Of a stretch of DNA of 33,213 nt, positions 9,258-19,713 are shown piece after piece. The stretch lies in IMG/VR virus record IMGVR_UViG_3300045988_101411; one strand, written 5' to 3'. The notes below the pieces were generated by a model that was given only the letters and a program-made list of their open reading frames with translations, did not search any database and was not told the DNA's origin. Position numbers and translations under genes: made by a program. Positions within the stretch are counted from its first letter, which is position 1; each line of letters starts with the position of its first letter. This stretch comes from a virus. Taxonomy: Duplodnaviria > Heunggongvirae > Uroviricota > Caudoviricetes.

Positions 9258-11875
9258 TATGCAAGCCTCACAATATAGTTAAATGCGATGTTTTTGACGG
9301 TGTTTTCGGTATTACCAGTAGCATTTACGGTAATGGAATGCCCGTGTGAGCCAATAGCAACAGTGTGTGAATGTGCACCAATACCAACAGTATGGTTATG
9401 TGCTCCAATGTCGACTGTATGTGCATGATTGCCTGATGAACTTGTAGTCGTAGCACCTTTATCACTTCGCGGAACACCATAATCTGCACCGCCTGATTGC
9501 ACGCTCACAGCAAAACCGACGGTATGTGTATGATTGCCAGAAGTATTGGTTGATTTTGTGCCGTGGTTAAACGTACTGACTGTTTTTGTCCCGTAATCAA
9601 ATGAACTGGTCGTTTTCGTTCCTAAGTCCGTATTTGACGCACTGGCGCTGTGAGTATGCGATTTAATCCCGTCCTGTTCCTGTGACAATACGGCACGCCC
9701 ACTGGCGGGTTTGCCCTTGATTGTCCAGCCGCGCATATCAGGAATAACACCAGAAGGATAGGCAATAGCCAGTTTCGGATATGCAGCCTTATCAAACGTC
9801 TGCCCCTGCATGATCGCATAGCCTGCAGGTGGTGTATCTGATGGCCACGGCAGCGGAACACCTGGCGGAAACGCTTCAATATTTGCCGAGCCGTCAAATT
9901 TTACGCCGTTAATTGTCCTTGGCGTTTTCAGCTTTGTAGCTGTAGCCGCATTGCCGGACAGTTCGCCTGAAATACCGGCGCTGAAGGTTTGTTTCGCCGC
10001 CCATGTCTGAGCTTCGTCGATAATTGGCACACGTCTTGTCGTGATCGTGCGGCTTCCCGGATTTCCTGAAATACGCACCATAAAAAAGCGGTAGTTCGCT
10101 TTACTTACAGTGCTGCGCCATACATGCATTGAGCGCCCCGTACCGGAATCATCACTCGGACCAACTGCGATGTTTATCAGGTTGCCATCAATGACGCCCC
10201 AGTCCATACCGTCGGGAATGTTGGTCATGTTATCAAGCCGAACGGTTATCAGACTGCCCGGCACAAAGTCGTAGGTCTGCCAGTCCAGACTGGATAGTTT
10301 TGCCACTGCGCCACCGATGCCCAGATTCAGAGGCAACGAAAAGGAGTTATATACTTCTCGCCATTCGGTCCATTTGCTCCCGGCATAGACGCGCTCAAAA
10401 GTGCGCCCCTGTGTGGTTTCTGATTTCCCTGTGGTTGTGTAACGCTGCCAGACAGATACACCATCAAAACGCCTGATTACTTCCAGTATTCCAAGCAGTG
10501 TCGCTCCAGCGGTATCCTGCATTGGACCGTTTGACGCCTTCCCGGTAACGCTGTAAATGCCTGGCGAAGTCAGATCATTCAAATCACCTTCGTAATAACG
10601 ACATTCTGACTGATGGCCTACTCTTGACCACGGCTCCCACTGTGGGTTCTGTGCATTCCATGTAGCAGAAAGGCAGCGAACATATACGTTCCCACGGCGG
10701 GTCGTATAGCGTTGCGTGCGTGAGTACCCACCACCCTCAAGAACTTCAAGGAATCCCTGACCATAACTTCCTTCTTCCGGATAGTTGCGGTCAAATGAAG
10801 CGATAGAGCCACTACTGTTTCGCCATAAACCAAGATGCTCTGCGCCTCCTAGCGTGTTCAGGTCAATAGTTGTGCTCAGGGGGCGTGTTGCAGACTGAAT
10901 CTGACGCCAGTAGCTCCACGGACCGTCTGAGCCATTCCAGGTGCCAGAAAGATTACGCATATAAACATTGCCAGTTCTGGTGGTATAACGCTGCATTCCG
11001 GAAAAATTACCGCCATTGAATACCTCAAGAACACCGACTGCACCGTCTTCAGGGAAATTTTTCTCCAGTGTTGCGTTGGAGGATGTGGATTTATACCAGA
11101 CACCCACATAAGCCTTAACTGGACCAAATGTATTGAGATCAGCATCAACCGGCATTTCGCCGTTGTTTTTCATAAACGTCAGGCTGGTAACACCAATATT
11201 GTCCAGAAAAGCTGATTTATCCTGGATATCTGCACCGTTCTGATTTTTCGCCAGACGTGAATTTGCGTTGTCATTTGCTGCCTTGACCGCTTTTGGCGTT
11301 GCCGCCAGCTCTTCACTGGTGCTGTTTGTTGCACTGCTTAACTGAGTAAAACCTTTTTCTGTCAGCGTGGCGTCAGGATGGCGGCGGGACTGCTCATGCT
11401 CTGCGATTTTGTCATCGACGTAATCCTGCGTCGCCATCACTGTACTGGCATCAATACTCAGCTCAACGGACGCCACGTTACTGACAATAATAACCATGCG
11501 GCAGGTCTGCGCACGTCCGGAGCCTTCAGCCAGTTCTGGCTTATAGCTTTCTGCCATGTTGGATACCGCAATCAGTGTTCCGGCATCGTCATACAGACCA
11601 AGTTCACGCATCCAGAAGCCGCCCACTTCTGGCGGTACAACCAGTTCAGCCACAATATAGTTTTTATTCTTATTATCCACACTGACTTTATTCAGAGCGT
11701 GACGCCAGACCTCATGCACCAGTTTCGTCTGACCGGCATCCGGCACCGGCAATTTGCCATTACCGTCACCCACGGCCATTGCAGACAGGTTTACTTTTTT
11801 CCCGCCGGGGACAGTGGCGGCTGCCAGCTTTGCGGCTCCGGCAGTAGTGATAACGGTTTTAAATTTCGTGCTCAT
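9257..11875 (-). CDS. H: Tail fibre protein H, 872 aa, with divergent His-rich C-terminal receptor-binding region
   Basis: Position after I-J; much longer than P2 H (about 669 aa as recalled); C-terminus carries repeated HxH motifs ([35 protein letters not shown]). Confidence 0.85.
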   Translation of the reverse strand: MSTKFKTVITTAGAAKLAAATVPGGKKVNLSAMAVGDGNGKLPVPDAGQTKLVHEVWRHALNKVSVDNKNKNYIVAELVVPPEVGGFWMRELGLYDDAGTLIAVSNMAESYKPELAEGSGRAQTCRMVIIVSNVASVELSIDASTVMATQDYVDDKIAEHEQSRRHPDATLTEKGFTQLSSATNSTSEELAATPKAVKAANDNANSRLAKNQNGADIQDKSAFLDNIGVTSLTFMKNNGEMPVDADLNTFGPVKAYVGVWYKSTSSNATLEKNFPEDGAVGVLEVFNGGNFSGMQRYTTRTGNVYMRNLSGTWNGSDGPWSYWRQIQSATRPLSTTIDLNTLGGAEHLGLWRNSSGSIASFDRNYPEEGSYGQGFLEVLEGGGYSRTQRYTTRRGNVYVRCLSATWNAQNPQWEPWSRVGHQSECRYYEGDLNDLTSPGIYSVTGKASNGPMQDTAGATLLGILEVIRRFDGVSVWQRYTTTGKSETTQGRTFERVYAGSKWTEWREVYNSFSLPLNLGIGGAVAKLSSLDWQTYDFVPGSLITVRLDNMTNIPDGMDWGVIDGNLINIAVGPSDDSGTGRSMHVWRSTVSKANYRFFMVRISGNPGSRTITTRRVPIIDEAQTWAAKQTFSAGISGELSGNAATATKLKTPRTINGVKFDGSANIEAFPPGVPLPWPSDTPPAGYAIMQGQTFDKAAYPKLAIAYPSGVIPDMRGWTIKGKPASGRAVLSQEQDGIKSHTHSASASNTDLGTKTTSSFDYGTKTVSTFNHGTKSTNTSGNHTHTVGFAVSVQSGGADYGVPRSDKGATTTSSSGNHAHTVDIGAHNHTVGIGAHSHTVAIGSHGHSITVNATGNTENTVKNIAFNYIVRLA

Positions 11876-11885
11876 TGTTTCTCAC

Positions 11886-12416
11886 TTATCCGGGATAAAC
11901 AGTAATAACATCACCATCACAGACCACACCGCCTGTATACAGATAGCCGGGAATGTCCTGGATAATGTTCAGACCGATAAGGTGGCGACTTGCGGGTTTG
12001 GCATCGGCAATCAGCCGTTCCATTTCCAGATACATTTCCTCTGTGATACCGCTTTCCAGCACGCCGATATCAAGGCGAAAGGTTCCGGCCGGGGCGTTTG
12101 TCTCCCACCATTCCTTTACATTAATGAGATAGCCGAGCGGCTCCACCACACGCCGGATTGCACCTATAGTGCCTTTATGACAGTGGATGAAATAGGCATC
12201 GCGGATAACGGCGCGTTTTGTCGCTTCCGGCCACTTTTCATCCCACCTGTCGACCGAAAACGCCCACGCCAGCCACGGCAGCAGATTTGCCGGACAGGTA
12301 TCCGGGTTCCACAGCTCACGAATACTGACCGGCGTTTTTTCAATTTCCGCACAGGCTTTTGCGGCGGCGACTTCAAGCGGTGATGAGCCGGTCGGCAGCA
12401 GTCGCGAATCACTCAT
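11886..12416 (-). CDS. I: Baseplate protein I, 176 aa
   Basis: Length and synteny (J-I-H). Confidence 0.85.
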   Translation of the reverse strand: MSDSRLLPTGSSPLEVAAAKACAEIEKTPVSIRELWNPDTCPANLLPWLAWAFSVDRWDEKWPEATKRAVIRDAYFIHCHKGTIGAIRRVVEPLGYLINVKEWWETNAPAGTFRLDIGVLESGITEEMYLEMERLIADAKPASRHLIGLNIIQDIPGYLYTGGVVCDGDVITVYPG

Positions 12417-13317
12417 CCGAGCCTCCGGTCACGACGCGGTATTCGGTACAGAAAGACGCCTGCGTACTGTTGAGCACGATGTCAGCCAGTGGTGCAGCCA
12501 GTTCGACACGCTGCACGCCTTCCACATGCAAAGCGGCATAAATGGCAGACAGACGGATGTCGCGCCCCAGCCGGTGCTGTGCCGTGATATACGCTTCCAG
12601 TTTTTTCACAGCGGCAGCGCGAATGGGTTCGCTTTCGGGACCAGGGTAAAGATACAGCGTGGCGTTTATCTGGTATTCAACGATGGCGGCAGACTGCACG
12701 GTCACGCGGTCGGCCACCGGTCTGACGTCCTCGCCATTAAGGGCGTTACGCACCACCGCCAGCAGGTCTTCGGATGCGACACCGTTATTTTCACGGGACA
12801 GCACAGAGATGGTGACGCAGGCCGGAGACGGACTGGTGACAGAGATATCCGCGACACGCCCGTCGGCACTGCGACCATGATACTGATAAGCACCCACCGA
12901 CCCGGCAACGCTTAAACCTTCAAACGCCTGCTGAATACGCAGACGATAATCAGTATCAGATTCCATCACTGCCGGTGTCGGCGGGATGGTCGAATCATCT
13001 GCCGGGGTGATAGTCAGGCGCGTGGTGTTGTAATTGGCACCAATCACATCAAGGTCATTACCGGCGGCACAGGCCAGCATTACCGCCCGTGCGGCCTCAT
13101 TCACACGCTGACGCCAGATAAGCTCACGATAAGCATTTTCCTCCAGCAGTTTGACGAGAGGCTCGGATTCCAGCGTCAGGGTACGGGCGACCGCCTCCTG
13201 CTGGTCTTCCGGGTAAAGGGAAATCAGTGTCGCCTTGCGTTCGGCGAGAATGGTTTCAAAGTCCAGCTCCTCGACCACATCCGGTGCGGGTAGCTGGTTC
13301 AGGTCGATAATCGGCAT
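12409..13317 (-). CDS. J: Baseplate protein J, 302 aa
   Basis: Length and synteny. Confidence 0.87.
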   Translation of the reverse strand: MPIIDLNQLPAPDVVEELDFETILAERKATLISLYPEDQQEAVARTLTLESEPLVKLLEENAYRELIWRQRVNEAARAVMLACAAGNDLDVIGANYNTTRLTITPADDSTIPPTPAVMESDTDYRLRIQQAFEGLSVAGSVGAYQYHGRSADGRVADISVTSPSPACVTISVLSRENNGVASEDLLAVVRNALNGEDVRPVADRVTVQSAAIVEYQINATLYLYPGPESEPIRAAAVKKLEAYITAQHRLGRDIRLSAIYAALHVEGVQRVELAAPLADIVLNSTQASFCTEYRVVTGGSDE

Positions 13318-13321
13318 GGTT

Positions 13322-13669
13322 TCAACTCACAGGGATGGTTAACGAAAGTGGCTGGCCGGTGTCGTTGTGCTGGCCGGTTAACGTGACCGTCATTCGCCCA
13401 TCAAAGCTGCGCGCCGTGGTGACGGATGACAGGGTGACGCGGGGTTCCCATTTCAGCACCGCCATGTAACAGGCGACCTTAATCTGCAACTCAAGCGCCG
13501 GGGTCTGCGGCTGGTCAATCATTGACGCCAGCAACGAGCCGTAATCACGACGCATCACCCGTGAGCCGACCGGTGTGCGCAGGATATCGCCGATACTCTG
13601 GCTGATATGCTCAAGGTCAGTGACAGTCAGGCCATCACTGCGATTCATTCCGAGATAACGCGCTGTCAT
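13322..13669 (-). CDS. W: Baseplate protein W (gp25-like), 115 aa
   Basis: Length and synteny; ATGA overlap with V stop. Confidence 0.85.
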   Translation of the reverse strand: MTARYLGMNRSDGLTVTDLEHISQSIGDILRTPVGSRVMRRDYGSLLASMIDQPQTPALELQIKVACYMAVLKWEPRVTLSSVTTARSFDGRMTVTLTGQHNDTGQPLSLTIPVS

Positions 13670-14301
13670 AAAGGACTCCCGGTTGTACCGCCGCTGTCGC
13701 CGGGGTGTTTATGGGTATGCAGTACCTTACCGTTTGATGAGAGTTCACCGCCGGTGTGTTCAATGTTGCCGCGCATCGTCCCGCCCTTCTGCACTTCCAG
13801 CGTGCCGGTAATCAGCCTGTTGGTGCAGACCACCTCCGGTGTGTCCAGGGTGACGCGGGTTGATGCTTTCACCATGACCACCGGCACCGTGGCAGTAACA
13901 GAATCAGAAGCCGTCACACTGGCCGTTTTAATTCCGCTTACCGTAAGCGCACTGGTTTCGGGTTCATACTCAATCACCGCCCCGTCAGGGAAACGGATAT
14001 GCAGGGCATCCGCCGACGCAGACGGCGCGGGGTTATCACCGGAATAAATCCCCGGCAGAACGAACGCCGTGTCGAGTTCACCGCCCACGGCCAGAATCAG
14101 CACCTGTTCCCCCACGGAAGGTGCCCACCATGTGCGCGAACGTCCGGCGCGATGGGCCAGCCACTGCAGCCAGTCGGTACACATGCCGCCGGTCTGCACA
14201 CGGCAGCGACCGGCGTTAAGGTCGGTTTCGACGATAATGCCGGTGCGGATCATGTTGCGCAGTGCGCGCGCGAGTTCCTGAATATTTGCGAGAGTGTTCA
14301 T
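13666..14301 (-). CDS. V: Baseplate spike/hub protein V, 211 aa
   Basis: Length and synteny; first gene after the candidate P_V region. Confidence 0.85.
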   Translation of the reverse strand: MNTLANIQELARALRNMIRTGIIVETDLNAGRCRVQTGGMCTDWLQWLAHRAGRSRTWWAPSVGEQVLILAVGGELDTAFVLPGIYSGDNPAPSASADALHIRFPDGAVIEYEPETSALTVSGIKTASVTASDSVTATVPVVMVKASTRVTLDTPEVVCTNRLITGTLEVQKGGTMRGNIEHTGGELSSNGKVLHTHKHPGDSGGTTGSPL

Positions 14302-14367
14302 AACGGGAAGGATGCCGCCGGGTCATACCGGCGGCAATGTGACGATGAGGTGTCAGGAATGGCACAA
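14302..14367 (-). promoter_or_regulatory. Candidate late promoter P_V region
   Basis: Only intergenic gap between S and V; position corresponds to P2 P_V; motif not confirmed (a TGT...ACA element is present but with a shorter spacing than the recalled consensus). Confidence 0.3.
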
Positions 14368-14820
14368 CTAACGGTCGAGGTGAGCCAGAATAATCTCTTC
14401 AATCATCTGCACATCCTCACCGGTAAAGCCGAGCAGAGGACGCGCCGGATAATCAATTTTCTTACCGTCTTTCCGGGTTTCTTCCGACAGACCGAACTGA
14501 TGCACGCTAGCGATTTTCGGTGACTTCCCGCCGTAAAACTCCATTGATGCCTGTTCCGGGCTGGCGCGGATATGCAAAAAACGACTGGTGATAAGTTTCG
14601 CAAACATTTTTCGCTTAACACGACCAGTCTTTTTTCTGGCGCTCTGCTGCTGGCGTGGCGCGTAGGGTGTGCCGTCCGGGGCTTTCTGAGCCATCACCCG
14701 ACGCTGCTGACTCTGCCGCAGACGTTTCGCCAGTTCGGCACTCAGTCGCCGACGCCCTGACGGTGACAGCGATTCAATAAGTCCGGTCAGCCGGTCTTCA
14801 AAACGCTTAAACTCATTCAT
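14368..14820 (-). CDS. S: Tail completion protein S, 150 aa
   Basis: Length and synteny. Confidence 0.85.
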   Translation of the reverse strand: MNEFKRFEDRLTGLIESLSPSGRRRLSAELAKRLRQSQQRRVMAQKAPDGTPYAPRQQQSARKKTGRVKRKMFAKLITSRFLHIRASPEQASMEFYGGKSPKIASVHQFGLSEETRKDGKKIDYPARPLLGFTGEDVQMIEEIILAHLDR

Positions 14821-15280
14821 CCCACTTACTCACCAGTTCGCCATTGATATACAGCTCCATCGGGCGGGTGACCGGCTCCGGCGGCGGAGGTTCCGGGATA
14901 TTCTTCACATGCAGTGCGCCGTCAACCTCACTGACCAGCGTGCGCTCGGTCAGCATCAGGCTGATGCTGATATCAAAGCTGCTGTCATTGTTGATGTCTG
15001 CATAAAACGTGAAGCCCTTTTTCTGACCTTCGTCGGTGGTCATGATGTCGGGCTGATTTTCCCGCAGCCACGCCAGCACCGGCACGATGAGCAGGTCAAA
15101 ATCACCGGTAAAGTCGGTCACAATCACATTGAGCGTGTAACGCTTTTCGAATGACAACGACGCCGCCAGTGTGGAGGCAATACTCCCGTTATCCACGAAT
15201 ATCCGCAGCATATCGGGGTTAGTTTTCAGCACCGTGACGGCATCAGTCAGCGCCCTGCGCAGGCTGTCGGGTTTGAGCAT
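14813..15280 (-). CDS. R: Tail completion protein R, 155 aa
   Basis: Length and synteny. Confidence 0.85.
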   Translation of the reverse strand: MLKPDSLRRALTDAVTVLKTNPDMLRIFVDNGSIASTLAASLSFEKRYTLNVIVTDFTGDFDLLIVPVLAWLRENQPDIMTTDEGQKKGFTFYADINNDSSFDISISLMLTERTLVSEVDGALHVKNIPEPPPPEPVTRPMELYINGELVSKWDE

Positions 15281-15533
15281 CGTTTTCGTCCTGACAGTGT
15301 TTAATCATTTTTACCTGGCTGGCACAGCGTGCCAGCGCGTTCTCAAGCTGCCGGATATCAGCACTTAAATCGCCGTTCGTCTGCGGGTCACTGCCCGGCA
15401 TCGGGCAAAGGCTCACTTTCGGGCAGGCGTTGGCGACAATCACTGGCGTCTGCGCAGGCCGGGCGCTGGTGCAACCGGCGCACAGCATCAGGCAGGTCAG
15501 TGCCGTACCAGCGGCGAAAATCTTCGTTTTCAT
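15243..15533 (-). CDS. lysC: LysC (Rz1-like outer-membrane lipoprotein spanin), 96 aa, embedded out of frame in the lysB 3' region
   Basis: MKTKIFAAGTALTCLMLCAGC... lipobox (LCAGC) signal; nested in the +1 frame of lysB as in Rz/Rz1 pairs; ATG at 15531-15533. Confidence 0.75.
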   Translation of the reverse strand: MKTKIFAAGTALTCLMLCAGCTSARPAQTPVIVANACPKVSLCPMPGSDPQTNGDLSADIRQLENALARCASQVKMIKHCQDENDAQTRQPAQGAD

Positions 15534-15813
15534 TGAGTAACCTCGTGATGGCTTTCTCGCGCTGTGCTTCACGCTTCGCGGCGTTCTCCAGTTCCTGACG
15601 CAGTGCCACCTGCGCCAGCTCGTTTTTGTCTGCCCTGGTGAGGGCAACATGAAGCTGATTTTTCAGCATGGTGATGGTCGTCTGCTGCCCGCTGGCGACG
15701 TTGTTCGCCCTGTCCAGCGAGGCGCGCAGGCTGGCGTTTTTGTGTTTCACCAGAAACAGCCCCGCCACCGCCAGCGATAACAACACGACCAGCACAATCA
15801 TCAGCCTTGACAT
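15388..15813 (-). CDS. lysB: LysB (Rz-like inner-membrane spanin), 141 aa
   Basis: N-terminal TM helix then coiled-coil; length matches P2 LysB. Confidence 0.82.
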   Translation of the reverse strand: MSRLMIVLVVLLSLAVAGLFLVKHKNASLRASLDRANNVASGQQTTITMLKNQLHVALTRADKNELAQVALRQELENAAKREAQREKAITRLLNENEDFRRWYGTDLPDAVRRLHQRPACADASDCRQRLPESEPLPDAGQ

Positions 15814-16226
15814 GGTTCCCGCTCCTCAAGACGCTGACGACAGGCTTTACGTATCAGCCGGAAAAACAGCGACGCCACAAGATAAATCAGCGCGGTAAAA
15901 ATCCACCCGGTGGCGACCAGCGAGATAAACGTCGCCACCATCACCACCAGAGCCGCCGCCCGTCTGCGCCACGGCACCGGCTGCAAAAACAGCGACGTGA
16001 CAATCTTCACGGCCAGCGATTCCGGCGGCAGCTCCCGCCCGTAGCGTTCCAGTACATACTCTGTGGCATACACCCCGACACCACCGGCAACCACACAGAT
16101 AACCGTCGCCAGAATCGCCCAGGCAGCGACAAAACTGACGGCCACGCTCTGCGGATAAATCAGGGACAGTGCCAGCATCAGCGCCAGCGACACGTGCAGC
16201 ATCAGTGAAAGGGATAATTTCTTCAT
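15801..16226 (-). CDS. lysA: LysA (lysis timing membrane protein), 141 aa
   Basis: Multiple hydrophobic helices; length and position after K. Confidence 0.8.
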   Translation of the reverse strand: MKKLSLSLMLHVSLALMLALSLIYPQSVAVSFVAAWAILATVICVVAGGVGVYATEYVLERYGRELPPESLAVKIVTSLFLQPVPWRRRAAALVVMVATFISLVATGWIFTALIYLVASLFFRLIRKACRQRLEEREPCQG

Positions 16227-16240
16227 GGTGTTTACTCCGT

Positions 16241-16738
16241 TTAAGCCGGTACGCCGCCAGCGGTACGCCAGACGGTGACCAGTTTTTCCAGTGAATGCTC
16301 ACGCTGACCGTAACCGGCACCCGGCAGGGACGCCCAGATATTGCGACAGCGTGAAATGGCACGCTCAATGCGTCCCGCCCGGATGTCATCCAGTGCACCG
16401 CGTTCGCGGATCAACTGAATGGCGAGCCTGTCCTGTGACAACGGACTGAAATCCGGCAGGGCAAGCTGTTTGCGGTAATGCGGCCAGAACAGGTAAAGCT
16501 GCTGATAGCGACCGGAGGCCGTGGATTTTTCACCGCGACGGTTAAACACCTTCGCCGGTCGGCCATGCGCGAACGGGTGGTCACTGTAGTCGGTGAAAAT
16601 TTCCGGCTTCCCGTCCAGTCCGGTGACTATCACGTCATAGCCCCGGTTTTTCGTCAGCGGATGATTCGCCGTCCCTTCGGACACTGCCAGCATGTCGAGA
16701 AAGGCCGCGATATTCTGATGCGTGTTAATTACCGGCAT
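16241..16738 (-). CDS. K: Endolysin K (lysozyme), 165 aa
   Basis: Length and synteny after the holin. Confidence 0.85.
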   Translation of the reverse strand: MPVINTHQNIAAFLDMLAVSEGTANHPLTKNRGYDVIVTGLDGKPEIFTDYSDHPFAHGRPAKVFNRRGEKSTASGRYQQLYLFWPHYRKQLALPDFSPLSQDRLAIQLIRERGALDDIRAGRIERAISRCRNIWASLPGAGYGQREHSLEKLVTVWRTAGGVPA

Positions 16739-17019
16739 TACTGTTTCCCCCTGCCCTTAAAACGGCGCTGAATGGCAATCTCAATCACCTGATAACCGGC
16801 GATACCCAGCATGGAGCCGATGCCGCACACCGCAGGCAGTGACAGGTCAGGAAACTGCACCAGAACAACACCGGCAACCATCGAGACAAAACCACCGAGC
16901 AACATGCGCCCGATAAACAGACGCGGGGTGATGGGTTCACCACCGGCAAGCACCTTGCCGACAACAATCAGCACCCCAATCATGAAAAGCGACAGGACGC
17001 TTTTTTCTTCTGCTGTCAT
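16738..17019 (-). CDS. Y: Holin Y, 93 aa
   Basis: Three hydrophobic segments and a basic C-terminus (RRFKGRGKQ); length matches P2 Y. Confidence 0.85.
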   Translation of the reverse strand: MTAEEKSVLSLFMIGVLIVVGKVLAGGEPITPRLFIGRMLLGGFVSMVAGVVLVQFPDLSLPAVCGIGSMLGIAGYQVIEIAIQRRFKGRGKQ

Positions 17020-17022
17020 GCG

Positions 17023-17226
17023 TTACTCCCACAGATTGACAGTTTCAGCCACGGGCGCGGTCTGAACGTCGGGCAGTTCGACGGCGGTGCCGTGTGGCAG
17101 CACCGCCCCCAGTTCAGCCAGTCCCGGATTTGCGGCGAGCACGGTCTCAACCACGCCCTCAGTGCGCCCGTAATACCGGACACAAATGGCGTCGAGCGTG
17201 TCGCCCTGTAGCGCAAAGGTCTTCAT
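17023..17226 (-). CDS. X: Tail protein X, 67 aa
   Basis: MKTFALQGDTLDAICVRYYGRTEG...; internal ATG at 17224-17226 overlapping the L stop (ATGA); track ORF over-extended. Confidence 0.82.
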   Translation of the reverse strand: MKTFALQGDTLDAICVRYYGRTEGVVETVLAANPGLAELGAVLPHGTAVELPDVQTAPVAETVNLWE

Positions 17227-17735
17227 CAGATTTGACTCACGATGCAGCGCGGCTTGTCCTGGATGCGCGCCACTGCCCAGCGCATATCCCGCCACAGCTC
17301 ATCAATGGTGCTGTCAATGCTGTCGGCCTTCTTGTCGCCTTTCGCACTGGCATCCACGCCGCGATAACGCTCATAAAGCGACGCGGTCGCCATCGCACAC
17401 ACGGCGCGCTCGTAGTAAAAAACTTTGATGCTTTCACCGTCGATGTCGTCCGCCGGGACGTCCGCCAGACGCGTAAAACCGGCGGCAATTTTCTGTTCGC
17501 GGTACTCGTACAGCTCCGCATTCGTCTCCGCCATGCCTGACTTGATGGCCTCACGCAGACGGGCGGGGGCGACGGTCTGCTCAAGGCGCATACGTTCCCG
17601 GACGCGCTTCGGGTCGATATCGGGAAAAAAGAACGTGTTTTTAATCACCGGCTCGTCGCCTGCCGGTTGCGGGATGACCACCGTACCCTCACCGGACACG
17701 GGAGCCTCCTTTCGCGGAATAATCAGCGTCATCAT
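17226..17735 (-). CDS. L: Head completion/stabilisation protein L, 169 aa
   Basis: Start MMTLIIPRK...; length matches P2 L. Confidence 0.82.
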   Translation of the reverse strand: MMTLIIPRKEAPVSGEGTVVIPQPAGDEPVIKNTFFFPDIDPKRVRERMRLEQTVAPARLREAIKSGMAETNAELYEYREQKIAAGFTRLADVPADDIDGESIKVFYYERAVCAMATASLYERYRGVDASAKGDKKADSIDSTIDELWRDMRWAVARIQDKPRCIVSQI

Positions 17736-17834
17736 GACTACCTCTGAAAAGTCGGGCGGTGGACGCCGGTACAGTTTCAGGTGATTCACCCTCACTGACC
17801 GGCGTGCCGCCCTGGCGCGGGGCGCATTCGGTTG

Positions 17835-18578
17835 TTAACTGGCTTTCTTTTTCGGGCGTCCACGTTTTGCCGGTGTCACGCTCCGGGTCTTACGTGGGGC
17901 GCGGGTGGCCGCTTTGGGCTGCGGCTCCGGCTTCGGTTTCAGCTCCCGCTCCAGTCGTTCAATCTCTTTTTTGACGCCTGCCTGACAGTCGAGCTGTGTC
18001 GCACGTTGCAGGTGAGCCAGCGCCCCTGCGGCATCACCAGCGTCACGCAGAAACAGACCGGTGATTTTGTGCAGCTTTGCGCGCACTTCATCAGGCATGT
18101 CAGCCGTGGCGGTCAGTTCAAGGGTGTCCGTCAGCAGGCGGGTATCCACAGACTCACCGGCAGCGTGGGCACGCATGGCCGCGAGCGCCACCTCCTCGGT
18201 GAACATGTACGGCGGGGTGCGGCGGTGTTTACCCGGCATGGTCAGACCGTACTTCAGGGCATAACGGGCAATCTCCAGCGCACCGGCAATATCGCCGGTA
18301 TCCAGACGCCACAGCATGACCGTCATCAGAATGTCATCCTGTGCACCTTTGCCCTGCTCCAGCACGCCGTTCACCCACGGCAACCAGAACGGCAGCAGTT
18401 CGCGTTTTTTCGCGGCCTTAAGCTCTTTTGAATAAATCGCTTTCAGTGTGCGCTGGTCTGCGGCGAGCTTAACCAGCATCTGCTCATAGACAGTTGCATG
18501 TCGCAGCGGGGCGGCTTCCCGCTGCGCGGTTATCGCTGCCGAGACCCGCATCATGTGGCGCTGTGCGGGACTCGTCAT
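17835..18578 (-). CDS. M: Terminase endonuclease (small) subunit M, 247 aa
   Basis: Length and synteny N-M-L; basic C-terminal tail. Confidence 0.85.
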   Translation of the reverse strand: MTSPAQRHMMRVSAAITAQREAAPLRHATVYEQMLVKLAADQRTLKAIYSKELKAAKKRELLPFWLPWVNGVLEQGKGAQDDILMTVMLWRLDTGDIAGALEIARYALKYGLTMPGKHRRTPPYMFTEEVALAAMRAHAAGESVDTRLLTDTLELTATADMPDEVRAKLHKITGLFLRDAGDAAGALAHLQRATQLDCQAGVKKEIERLERELKPKPEPQPKAATRAPRKTRSVTPAKRGRPKKKAS

Positions 18579-18581
18579 CGG

Positions 18582-19655
18582 TTACGCTCCCGGCTCTGCG
18601 GTCGCTTTAGCCGGTGTGGAGAAATCACCGACCTTGATTTTTTCCACCAGACAACCGGCGGCGTAGTCTTCCACCACGTAATCAATGTTCATTGACTCGT
18701 AGTTCTCCACGCGGTCGAGTTTCGGGTTTTCCACAATCACGCGGCGATGGCTGTCATCCATGTAGTAGATGGACAGGTTTTCCAGCTTCGTGATGAGCAT
18801 CGCATCCGCCGGGAAGTACGGGACGCGTACCGCCGGCAGGTTACCGATGCGTTTCTGGCTGATGATGACGTCAGCGGCCAGCATTTCGCTGTTGTCCTGC
18901 TCCTTGTTAACGATGGGGAAATACTTGTCCGCCAGTAGCTGACGCCCCACAATCACCACAAGGTCAGGGTCTTCCTGATACCACGGCTCAATCAGGTTGT
19001 TGGTCGCATCCATCACCAGTGCGTCGAGGCTGGCATAATCACCGCCCTTACCCACGCGGATGACCTCAGAGGTGGTGCGACCTTCCTCGTCAGTGACCTT
19101 GCTCATCACGCGCGCCGGGGCTTCATTGCGGTATTTCTGCAGCCAGCCGACCGCCACATCCTGCAGCATCGGATTGCTGCTGCGGTCAGAGGTTTCTGCA
19201 CGCTTCACGCCGTTAAAACCGGCCATAATGAAATCAAGGGACTGGCGTTTGATAATGGCGTTACGGACACGGAGCTGGAAATCCTGATAACGCGCCCACA
19301 GGTCCAGCGTTTTGTAGCGGATATAAAAATCGAAGTTAATCTGGTCGCATTCGTACTTGTTAGACGCCAGCTTCGAGAAGTCCTTCGGCTGACGCTCGGT
19401 GCCCCCGGCGGTGTCGGTGGTGCTGGCGATGGAGCCGGTGACACCGATGCCAATTTTTTCCCCTTTCATTTCGCTGACCGGCACAATGTTGATGCGGGTC
19501 AGAAAGTCAGAGGACTCCTGCATGGTGTTCATCAGGGTCTGGGTGACCGACGGTTCAACGGTGAATTTTTTCGACACATCACCGGCGTCGATGCCGTTCA
19601 GTTCGGCAACACGGGACAGGTAAGCATTAAATTTAAAGCGGGTTTCCTGGCGCAT
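18582..19655 (-). CDS. N: Major capsid protein N, 357 aa
   Basis: Length and synteny. Confidence 0.9.
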   Translation of the reverse strand: MRQETRFKFNAYLSRVAELNGIDAGDVSKKFTVEPSVTQTLMNTMQESSDFLTRINIVPVSEMKGEKIGIGVTGSIASTTDTAGGTERQPKDFSKLASNKYECDQINFDFYIRYKTLDLWARYQDFQLRVRNAIIKRQSLDFIMAGFNGVKRAETSDRSSNPMLQDVAVGWLQKYRNEAPARVMSKVTDEEGRTTSEVIRVGKGGDYASLDALVMDATNNLIEPWYQEDPDLVVIVGRQLLADKYFPIVNKEQDNSEMLAADVIISQKRIGNLPAVRVPYFPADAMLITKLENLSIYYMDDSHRRVIVENPKLDRVENYESMNIDYVVEDYAAGCLVEKIKVGDFSTPAKATAEPGA

Positions 19656-19713
19656 AGTTTTTCCTGAAATTAAGGGTTAATCGTGAAGGTTTTCCCGGAC
19701 TGACTGACGCCGG

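Noticed and set aside
9257-9600. Repetitive DNA in the 3' end of H as a CRISPR array or DNA-level repeat element
   Set aside because: The repeats are in-frame codon repeats encoding HxH peptide motifs inside a continuous ORF, with no constant-length spacers; no CRISPR-like array exists anywhere in the window.
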